This document shows, one piece after another, positions 8,899 to 16,574 of a DNA stretch of 52,217 nt. Source of the stretch: a virus (Duplodnaviria > Caudoviricetes); the IMG/VR virus record IMGVR_UViG_3300028400_000009, positions 1-52,217 of that record, one strand, 5' to 3'. The notes under the pieces are model-generated. The model worked only from the letters and a program-made list of their open reading frames with translations. It did no database searches and had not been told where the DNA came from. Every line of letters starts with the position of its first letter. Position 1 is the stretch's first letter. The position numbers were made by a program, and so were the translations under genes.

Positions 8899-9584
8899 AT
8901 TTTTACACCAGTTTGCACATAATAAGCCGCTTTGCATAACGACAAATGCGACTTAACATTTTTATAGTTTATCTTCTTAGCTAGTTTATACCAGAGATCA
9001 AGATCAAAATTATCGACGTACACCGCATCGCGCCATTTTGCACCACGCTGATCTTCTATTCTCTGGCATGTTTTAATTTCTTCGTATTGATGGTTTTTAA
9101 ATGATGTAATGTAAAAACCACTCTTTTCGCCTCCGCCAATACGCATATTATCAAGAAATACCCTGGCTGGCTTTGTGCCTCTACGGTTATTTACGTCCAT
9201 GATAGTACCGCTCAACAAACCACATATACTTACATCATGCTCTGATTTTGTAGTGATTCTTACGTTAGATATTTCTAAATTACGATAAGCACCATCACTA
9301 GAGAATATGCCCTGCATGGAACCATCAGAATATAGTGAGCAATTTGTTATTTTTACATTTTCTGAAATTTCGCCAAAATAACGCAAGTATGACTTTGTAG
9401 GTATTAACTGAATGAAATCACTATGAGGTTCAGCACGGCATATTTCATCTACGCAATGAACATCATGCAAGGTAATATTTGAGCCTATTGCTTTTACAGC
9501 ATCGTTTGATTCGCCTGGTGGTACATCATTAATATATTTACAGGTGAGTGTATCACCTGCTTCTAGAATATGTTTTTCGCCCAT
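8895..9584 (-). CDS. pectin-lyase-like parallel beta-helix protein
   Basis: HSDFIQL, ENVKITNC, QGIFSSDG, NLEISNV beta-helix-like rungs. Confidence 0.55.
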   Translation of the reverse strand: MGEKHILEAGDTLTCKYINDVPPGESNDAVKAIGSNITLHDVHCVDEICRAEPHSDFIQLIPTKSYLRYFGEISENVKITNCSLYSDGSMQGIFSSDGAYRNLEISNVRITTKSEHDVSICGLLSGTIMDVNNRRGTKPARVFLDNMRIGGGEKSGFYITSFKNHQYEEIKTCQRIEDQRGAKWRDAVYVDNFDLDLWYKLAKKINYKNVKSHLSLCKAAYYVQTGVKI

Positions 9585-9760
9585 AGTGGTGATTATACCA
9601 CAGTATATCCATTTTGGGGTATATGAGTGAATGTCAAATGTTATTTTTATTATTTATTAGTTGTTGCTATTGTTAATATCTGCGCTTTTGGATGCGCTTT
9701 AATAGTTTTTCCCCTGCAATGCTATGATTTGACGCATAGTATACCTTTTTTTGAATTGCA

Positions 9761-9925
9761 TTAATGTAACTCCGTGAACGTAAAATCATCGTCGTGTGGC
9801 ACTCCTTCATCGTGAATATAAATAAGAGATTGATCTTCTCCACTCTCGTATTCCTTAATGTTTGAAGGTGTTATCTCTCTCTGACAGAAAGGGCAATATT
9901 GATTATATTTATTTTCCTGCGGCAT
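9761..9925 (-). CDS. small hypothetical protein with CPFC motif (54 aa, not in ORF track)
   Basis: GAGG RBS, MPQENKYNQYCPFCQRE... Confidence 0.5.
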   Translation of the reverse strand: MPQENKYNQYCPFCQREITPSNIKEYESGEDQSLIYIHDEGVPHDDDFTFTELH

Positions 9926-10083
9926 TATATTTTCCTCTAAATTAATATAAACGTCTGCCTAACTTGGTAATTAACTGCGTTGTACAGGTTCTTCGCTCTA
10001 AATGTTAATTTATCTAAAGCAGGTGTTCCCGTTAAATTGTGGCGTTCTACTCTTTGCATAACTTTTTAGCTAACCTTCTTCTG

Positions 10084-10650
10084 CTATACATCTTCATATT
10101 TGTTCATTAATTTATCATAACAAGCCATGATTACTTTCGCATCCCATAGAGCATTATGTTTTTCATCTTCGTTTGCTTCTAACCCTGCAAATTCTTCTCT
10201 ATTAATATCAGGGTCTACGCCTTTGATCTTCATCAGCGTTGCAATATCGAAAGGAATGTAGTTTATATTTTCTGGTAGCGAAGGATAGCCGTTTGAATAA
10301 TCTGCTATCAGCTTATTAAATAGCATCCAATCATAAGCAAGGACGTCTGACCAAATGTCGATCTTATCAAGCCTTAATAACCACTTTCTCAAAATATTTG
10401 AAACATACTTTTGATCTGCTTTAACTATTGTATGCTTCCCTTCGCCATAGTGGCGCAAATAACCATCCAACTTATCAGAGAACTTTAGCTTATTAATAAC
10501 ATTATTTTCAATCCAGTCATCAACCTGCATCAAATTATAATCGCTTAGTTCAGCATAAAACGAGTCACCTTCATCTGATACAATACCAATACTGATAAGC
10601 GTTGTGTCTTGGTGAAGCCCTGTAAATTCTGTATCGAAATATAAATTCAT
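10084..10650 (-). CDS. DEDDh 3'-5' exonuclease (Rv2179c-like)
   Basis: YFDTEFTG, AYDW, HNALWDA motifs. Confidence 0.9.
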   Translation of the reverse strand: MNLYFDTEFTGLHQDTTLISIGIVSDEGDSFYAELSDYNLMQVDDWIENNVINKLKFSDKLDGYLRHYGEGKHTIVKADQKYVSNILRKWLLRLDKIDIWSDVLAYDWMLFNKLIADYSNGYPSLPENINYIPFDIATLMKIKGVDPDINREEFAGLEANEDEKHNALWDAKVIMACYDKLMNKYEDV

Positions 10651-10898
10651 AATCTTATCCTCCTTAACTTCCGCGCTGTTTTTAACATTCTTATTGCTTT
10701 ATCAAGTAATATATCCAGTTCTGTTGCTTCAAAGCATTCAGGATTATTTATTGATTTATTTGCATGGGTATTCTCATTATCACGCCACCATTTTTCAAAA
10801 ACATCATCGTATCCATTTTTGCATGATCTAGGTGTATCTTCTTTAAAAGTATTTATAACGCTATTATTGAAATACTTACATCTAATACATCCGCTCAT
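10647..10898 (-). CDS. hypothetical Cys-containing protein
   Basis: AAGGAG RBS before MSGCIRC. Confidence 0.6.
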   Translation of the reverse strand: MSGCIRCKYFNNSVINTFKEDTPRSCKNGYDDVFEKWWRDNENTHANKSINNPECFEATELDILLDKAIRMLKTARKLRRIRL

Positions 10899-11125
10899 AA
10901 CTATCTCCTTTTTACTCAATAATACGCAAACCACAGAGATTTGGTATATCTCTTAATAGGTAGATTAGCGTTTACTTTCTTTCCATGCTTCCCATGCAAG
11001 CTGTACTTGATAATCAGAATATTGACCTGCCCACTTGTGCTTTTCACTATTAATGGTAACATCCTTTTCATAGGGTGGTGCGGTAATCCAGTTCTCAAAC
11101 GCCTTTCTTTCTTCTGTTTCGGTTT

Positions 11126-11398
11126 TCATTTGCTAGTTCTTGCTTTATCAAGATATGGCTTCCTACATTCCTTATAAGCTTCTATGAACTCGGAGCTTTT
11201 TGGAATATCCTCGCCTTTGCAATATTTGGCGATATAAAAACTATCAAAGTCAAGCCCTACAATCATACAGGCTTGATATGCTGATTCTACAATATCTCTA
11301 TTCTTGTGGTACTTTTGAGCTACGGCATTTATTTTCATGTATGGTATTTCTGCCAGCTCAACACCATCTAATATTTTTATACTTCTTGCATCGTACAT
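11126..11398 (-). CDS. hypothetical protein with GyrB-like N-terminal peptide
   Basis: ORF with RBS; begins MYDARSIKILDG. Confidence 0.6.
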   Translation of the reverse strand: MYDARSIKILDGVELAEIPYMKINAVAQKYHKNRDIVESAYQACMIVGLDFDSFYIAKYCKGEDIPKSSEFIEAYKECRKPYLDKARTSK

Positions 11399-11836
11399 TT
11401 TATTTTCCTGTTTATTTTAGACATTACTTCTCTGGTTTATCCCTTGAACTACTAGCAATAGATTGTTTCTAATTTCCTTATGCCTAATACTCTTGCCCTT
11501 AGAGCATAATCCCTGCCAGACTTAGCCCTCTGGCATTTAACTGTTACGGCTTACGTGGGTTTTCACAGTTAAACTATTCGGACTTTTTAAAAATTTCAAG
11601 GTCTAGGTTGCACCACTGCATTGCCTAGTAGTTTGTTTGTTTCACTATTTAAAACTTTAATAATCAGAAGCTTGTATGAATTAACTGTAAGCAAAAATGA
11701 ATTAAAATGTTTTATTAATCTGTTAGCCGTGATGCCAATTAACGCGCAGATAAGTACGCCATCGAGTAGTTAGCTCATTGATGGATTAGTTTTAGCGAAT
11801 TGAATTTGCCTGAATCGGCTGTTTTTAGATTGATTA

Positions 11837-11980
11837 TTGCGTTTAGGGATAAACTGAATTATAATCTCTCTAACTTGTGCTGTCGCTAAACTTACACAAG
11901 ATTTATTTGATAAGTATAGTCTCTATCTCCTATAACGTCAAATAGCATTAAAGCCCGTCATTAACCTGATGGGCTTTTTT
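11837..11980 (+). ncRNA. putative small RNA unit, copy 1 (promoter, hairpins, terminator)
   Basis: TTGCGT-17-TATAAT, CTTGTG/CACAAG stem, AAAGCCC...GGGCTTTTTT terminator; paralogue at 49629-49777. Confidence 0.55.
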
Positions 11981-12190
11981 GTGGGCGAGATAAACTGATA
12001 TACCTCTAAGTGGGTATTCCACTAATTAGGCAATTAGCCTACACTAGCTAGTAATATGAAGATTGGTCAATAGATGTTAAAAATGAAAGCGGGACTAAAA
12101 GTATTTTGTTGATCTCAACAAAATGCTTGAACGAAGCCACGATTTTACAGAATGGCACGTAGTTAGCTGGTCGTTTTTTGGAGCGTGTTG

Positions 12191-12406
12191 TTAGGCTTGG
12201 ACTTGCACGTTCTCGGCTAATAACTCATTAAAAAATAGCGTGGTTATTGTTGCTGTTTTTGCATTTTTGAATTGATTTACTTTTTGCCTGCCATTTTTTA
12301 TGCCGTATTTATTTTCTAGGAATAATGCAAGCTGGTTGTAGTTTTCTGTTTTTGTCTGAGTAAGCATAAAATCTAGTATTTCTTCGTTTGAAATTATTTT
12401 GCTCAT
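12191..12406 (-). CDS. small hypothetical protein, possibly HTH regulator
   Basis: Divergent from 12486 across a TTGACA/TATAAT promoter. Confidence 0.55.
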   Translation of the reverse strand: MSKIISNEEILDFMLTQTKTENYNQLALFLENKYGIKNGRQKVNQFKNAKTATITTLFFNELLAENVQVQA

Positions 12407-12485
12407 TTTGTAAATATCCTATTGACATTAAATATTATTGTATATATAATATATACATATTCAACGAACAGCAAGGACTTTTAAA

Positions 12486-12695
12486 ATGAAAAACCTTAAT
12501 ATTGTAAAAAAAGCTTTAGTTAAACTACCAAAAGATCAACAATTTGATGGCATTATTGCTGTGCAGATGGTTGAGTTTAGCTTTAATTATTTTGGCAATA
12601 AAGTAACAGAGATGTTAGATACAAAGATAATGGAAGATGGAAGGCAAATAGTAATTGATGGAAATGGCTTTATACCAGCGGGTTATGAAATATAA
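12486..12695 (+). CDS. hypothetical protein
   Basis: AAGGA RBS, strong promoter upstream. Confidence 0.6.
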   Translation: MKNLNIVKKALVKLPKDQQFDGIIAVQMVEFSFNYFGNKVTEMLDTKIMEDGRQIVIDGNGFIPAGYEI

Positions 12696-13110
12696 AGATT
12701 GGCAACTATTCAATGAGTTACCTGATGGGTGGCTCATTGATAAAACAGCAGGCTCTCCTCTTGCTGGTCATGCTTTTATCACGAACGGAAAGAGCGTGAT
12801 AAATGGTCAGGAAAGAGGGTTGCTTAAAATAAAAAGAAATAGCGATAGCAACCACTTTAAACCGTTGCCTGTTGTAAAAAAACAGGAAGAGGCTGATCCT
12901 GAACAGGTTGTTATTGACGATAACTATGTAAGAACAGTTAATGAGCTTGCTAGACAAAAGTTTAAGCAGAAGATACTTAATGATATTTTAGTTGATTTGA
13001 TGATCTGCGAAATTGAAGGTTGGTGTAAGCTTGAATACATCAATGAGATAAAACAATTAATTGATGGAATTGCAAGGGCTAAAAAGAAAAATAATATCTT
13101 TAGAAGTTAA
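12685..13110 (+). CDS. hypothetical protein
   Basis: Long ORF in operon; start taken at MKYKDW. Confidence 0.65.
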   Translation: MKYKDWQLFNELPDGWLIDKTAGSPLAGHAFITNGKSVINGQERGLLKIKRNSDSNHFKPLPVVKKQEEADPEQVVIDDNYVRTVNELARQKFKQKILNDILVDLMICEIEGWCKLEYINEIKQLIDGIARAKKKNNIFRS

Positions 13111-13283
13111 AGATACAACAAAAGCTAAAGGTGTATGCTTAATTGATAATCTTTTGTTTGCTCATGCAGAAGCAACTGCGATGTTATCTTGAGTTATATA
13201 TATGACCATCCACCAGCAAGTAAGCACTTTAGGAGATTAAAACGCCCGCATAACAAATGAATATCTATTATGCGGGATAGAAC

Positions 13284-13718
13284 CTAAAAATTAATAGCAG
13301 TGCAATAAGGGAGCGAGTAATCAGTTCCCATTAACAGGCTATAAGCATAATCCTTCGGTTTGCCGTTCTTAAAGTAAACCTTGTAGGCTTTAGTACCAGT
13401 ATAAGCACCGTAGCTATTCTTGCCATTGATTCCAGCTATCACGCTCCATACGCGATACTTCCCTTTACCATCACGACATATTTCTTTCTTTGGTGCTAAG
13501 AAGTTAGTTATCTTCATGCTCGCGGGGTCTTTCATCGTAGGACGCACGTACTTATTCAGGTAAGCTGTAGCCTGTGCGTTAATGTTTTTAGGCTTAATTT
13601 TGCTGTAATCAGTGATAACAGGTGCTTTCTTTGCCACTGCTTTTGGTTTTACAGATGTTGCAGCACATGAGGTTAAGAGTGCTGATATTGCTATTAGTGT
13701 GATAATTTTAGTGTTCAT
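13284..13718 (-). CDS. lipoprotein (KDP.S / KNSYGAY.G type)
   Basis: Lipobox LLTSC; KDPAS and NGKNSYGAYTG motifs. Confidence 0.75.
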   Translation of the reverse strand: MNTKIITLIAISALLTSCAATSVKPKAVAKKAPVITDYSKIKPKNINAQATAYLNKYVRPTMKDPASMKITNFLAPKKEICRDGKGKYRVWSVIAGINGKNSYGAYTGTKAYKVYFKNGKPKDYAYSLLMGTDYSLPYCTAINF

Positions 13719-13932
13719 TGTTTTCATCCTTGTTTTGAAGTTCATTGTTGATCATGTTTGCGACTTTATCGCCTATCTTTGTGCCTATACCTCCTGTTTT
13801 CTTGTTAATCAGTTCACGCTTCATTAAGTCTTTTATGTACTCAGCCAGTGAAACACCTTTTTTATTAGCTTCCGCTAATGCCTCATCTTTTAGCCACTGT
13901 GGTAGTACCATGTTAAATCTTGCTTGTGCCAT
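13708..13932 (-). CDS. ribbon-helix-helix regulator divergent from the RAMP gene
   Basis: RFNMVLPQWLKDEALAEANKKGVSLAEYIKDLM. Confidence 0.8.
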   Translation of the reverse strand: MAQARFNMVLPQWLKDEALAEANKKGVSLAEYIKDLMKRELINKKTGGIGTKIGDKVANMINNELQNKDENNEH

Positions 13933-13968
13933 TTGCTCACCTTTTTTATGTAATACGCATTATTGTAC

Positions 13969-13997
13969 TTGATTAAGTAATTTTTGTTAAGTATTAT
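13969..13997 (+). promoter_or_regulatory. sigma70-like promoter of the RAMP-repeat locus
   Basis: TTGATT-17 bp-TATTAT. Confidence 0.5.
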
Positions 13998-14027
13998 AAT
14001 TACACACTAACAAAGTAAGGAAACGAA

Positions 14028-14597
14028 ATGAAACAACTTAAATTCAGATTAGAAGGTCTTGGAAGTCTTCTAATGCACTCCGATAGATTCGCTAATCCAC
14101 TAGATGAAGATGCGATTGAACACAAAAAGCTAACATCAAAAAGAAATAAAACAGTTGAAAATCTGCATGAAATAGCCAAATCAGAATGGCTAGGTTCTCT
14201 TTATTACAACGATGATCTAGGAATCCATATACCCACAGCAAACCTGCGTAAAAACCTCATAGAAGGCGCAAGAAAGTTCAAGCTCGGAAAGCACGTAGAA
14301 GGTGGTGTTTTCTTTAATAGTCAGGGCTTCCCATTAGAATACGAAGGAAGCAAGAAGCCTGAAACACTGTATAGAAATAAGGAATTTGTTGATTGTCGAT
14401 CGGTGGTTGTTGGTCGCGCTAAACTCATGCGTTACAGACCAATATTTAAACATTGGGCGTTATCTGGCACATTAGAATACGAAGAAACGGTTATTGACGA
14501 GGAGCAAATAAAGCAGTCATTTGAAAAAGCTGGTCAGGTAGTTGGTCTTGGTGATTATCGTCCTTTGTTTGGGCGGTATTCTGTTAGTTTTGATTAA
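14028..14597 (+). CDS. stand-alone Cas7/RAMP-like RNA-binding protein
   Basis: N-terminal strand LKFRLEGLGSLLMH, IHIPTANLRKNL (cf. PYIPGSSLKG of Cas7/Csm3), C-terminal Gly-rich loop GLGDYRPLFGRYSV. Confidence 0.75.
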   Translation: MKQLKFRLEGLGSLLMHSDRFANPLDEDAIEHKKLTSKRNKTVENLHEIAKSEWLGSLYYNDDLGIHIPTANLRKNLIEGARKFKLGKHVEGGVFFNSQGFPLEYEGSKKPETLYRNKEFVDCRSVVVGRAKLMRYRPIFKHWALSGTLEYEETVIDEEQIKQSFEKAGQVVGLGDYRPLFGRYSVSFD

Positions 14598-14632
14598 GTT
14601 TTAATTTTGGTTAAGTTTTAAATTATTGTCAA

Positions 14633-14756
14633 GGCGGGGCGGGGCGCGGCTAGGCGCGGCTAGGCGGGGCGAGGCGAGGCGGGGCGAGGCGGGGCAAGGA
14701 GTAGATAAGAATCTACTGGATTGGTCATTTTCAAAGTGATCTTTCCTGTCGGTTTT
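14633..14756 (+). ncRNA. GGY-NN pentamer array RNA 1 with structured 3' tail
   Basis: 13 exact GGC-NN units (14633-14697), then AGTAGAT-AAGA-ATCTACT hairpin and a second hairpin. Confidence 0.75.
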
Positions 14757-14763
14757 GATTAAT

Positions 14764-14896
14764 GGCATGGTAGTGTCGGGTGAGGTCTGGCGCGGCTCGG
14801 TGTGGCTAGGTCGGGCGAGGCATGGCGAGGCAAGGGATAGACAAGAGTCTATCAGATCGCACATTCTAAACAGTGTGCTTTCTTATAGGTTTTTTT
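14764..14896 (+). ncRNA. GGY-NN pentamer array RNA 2 with structured 3' tail
   Basis: 14 units (13 GGY, one TGT) at 14764-14833, then GATAGAC-AAGA-GTCTATC hairpin, GCACATT/AGTGTGC hairpin and U tract. Confidence 0.75.
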
Positions 14897-14913
14897 ACAA
14901 TGGAGATAAATAA

Positions 14914-15402
14914 ATGATTGAAGTACAAGCATACCCACAATATAAATACGCCGCTGAATGTATCGCCGATGATTTTACCTATGGCGACCTAATCAGCAAA
15001 GAGTATTTAGAAAACAAGCTAGGATTTAAGAAGCCCAAAACAATAGCTGAGTACCAGGCGCAACAATTAAAGAAGTTGGCAGATACCGTCAAGTTAAAAG
15101 AGTTCATACTTGAGACATATATGTATTACCTAATCCCTGAAAATGGTGGATACAGAATTGTTAAACCAAGAGAACAAACAAAAATAGTCGTTGATCGCCT
15201 AAAAAAATCCCTCGATAAAACAATGAGAGATTCAGCAAAAGGGCTGAAAAATGTCAATCATTCAAAATTAACTAATGATGAAATAAACGAAAACACAAGG
15301 GCGATGAATGTCTTGGGTGCAATGAAGCTTTTTGCAAAAAAAGGTAAGAAAAAGTTTAGGTTTTTAACTAAAGGCTCTAAGAGCTCTAAAGGCTCTTTCT
15401 AG
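14914..15402 (+). CDS. hypothetical protein associated with the RAMP-repeat locus
   Basis: GGAG RBS right after array 2; basic; possible winged helix (GGYRIV) plus helical C-terminus. Confidence 0.7.
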   Translation: MIEVQAYPQYKYAAECIADDFTYGDLISKEYLENKLGFKKPKTIAEYQAQQLKKLADTVKLKEFILETYMYYLIPENGGYRIVKPREQTKIVVDRLKKSLDKTMRDSAKGLKNVNHSKLTNDEINENTRAMNVLGAMKLFAKKGKKKFRFLTKGSKSSKGSF

Positions 15403-15856
15403 CTAGAAATTTATTTGATTCAACGACTACCCTTTTTACGCAACTACAATTTTCAGGATGTATCGTTATGCTTGATCTGATGAAGCATAACGAATCAATA
15501 GATGGGAGTTGAATATGAAGCTCCCATTTATCACCAGTAGTTAAATAATCGGACTCATATTTATACGTTGGGAATACCGAAGCGCCTACAGCATAAAAGC
15601 TTTTCCCTTCATCATAAGAACATCGCAGCTCGTCAGTGTATGTAACTTTTACAGGCTCTTTGTATTTTGAATATGATACAACAGGAATCACAGGATTGCC
15701 CGCTATTTGAGGTGATTCGACCTTTATGCTCGTATACTCAACCCATCTGCTAATAGGTGAATAAAAGTCATACAGTACACCAAAAAATCTAGGGGCGTAT
15801 GCTATAAGAGAACTTAATAGTATTACTGTTCCATATAATTTAATCCGATTCTTCAT
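15386..15856 (-). CDS. membrane-anchored hypothetical protein
   Basis: N-terminal hydrophobic segment. Confidence 0.6.
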   Translation of the reverse strand: MKNRIKLYGTVILLSSLIAYAPRFFGVLYDFYSPISRWVEYTSIKVESPQIAGNPVIPVVSYSKYKEPVKVTYTDELRCSYDEGKSFYAVGASVFPTYKYESDYLTTGDKWELHIQLPSIDSLCFIRSSITIHPENCSCVKRVVVESNKFLARKSL

Positions 15857-16199
15857 CGTCGATTTCAAGTCCTTTTTTCAGCTTGTCGGATATTGCTTTA
15901 GGTGCAAATTTAATCACCATCGCTACCAGTTCCATTGATAGCAGTGATGATAATCCGACTCCAATTATCATTAACGGGGATGTTAATGTTATATGGAATG
16001 TTATCCCAAGAAATGTTTTCCCATCAAGCAGGGCAATACCATTGCCTATGAGTACGCTCATAAATAGCGTGCTAAATAATATTGTAAAAAACGCCTTCGC
16101 GCCTTTTCCCGTACCCATTAGATATTGAAGAATCATACCCATAATTAAAACAAAAATTATTTGTATTTCTCCGATGTGATGCTTAATGGTTTGAAACAT
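15840..16199 (-). CDS. putative holin
   Basis: Three hydrophobic segments, charged C-terminus, downstream of tail genes. Confidence 0.6.
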   Translation of the reverse strand: MFQTIKHHIGEIQIIFVLIMGMILQYLMGTGKGAKAFFTILFSTLFMSVLIGNGIALLDGKTFLGITFHITLTSPLMIIGVGLSSLLSMELVAMVIKFAPKAISDKLKKGLEIDDEESD

Positions 16200-16238
16200 A
16201 TCGACTCCTAAATTATTGTTATTATTATACATTAGTGG

Positions 16239-16574
16239 CTACTTATACCAATCATTAATATTCTCAGACATCCACTTCTCCAATGCAGTGTTTGGCGCGT
16301 TTACACAGTCAGGCGGCAAAGGTATTTGTGAATGGGTAGGGCTTGTCATGCCAATATAATGCCTATATCTGGCTTCATCACAAAATGTATTCCGCTTGCC
16401 CTTTTTCTTAAACTTTTTTTGCTTGTTTATTTGTGCGAGAATTTCTGACTGCTCTTTTTGTACTGTCTGAAGTTCACTCAATGCAGTGTTTTGTACCGAC
16501 ATTGCATAACTCATTGCAGCAAGAGCTATAACCACTAGAATTGTTATAGCTCTCGTTAGATTCATTTCACTCAT
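16239..16574 (-). CDS. membrane-anchored coiled-coil protein
   Basis: N-terminal TM segment followed by coiled coil. Confidence 0.55.
   Translation of the reverse strand: MSEMNLTRAITILVVIALAAMSYAMSVQNTALSELQTVQKEQSEILAQINKQKKFKKKGKRNTFCDEARYRHYIGMTSPTHSQIPLPPDCVNAPNTALEKWMSENINDWYK

Noticed and set aside
14633-14833. Canonical CRISPR array, or simple microsatellite/G-quadruplex
   Set aside because: No 23-50-bp repeats with spacers. Variable NN, a shared covarying tail and the adjacent RAMP gene argue against a plain microsatellite, although G4 folding is not excluded.
14601-14864. 87-aa minus-strand ORF rich in Pro/Arg/Ala/Ser
   Set aside because: Shadow of the GGY-NN arrays; a 5-nt period is not codon-compatible and there is no RBS
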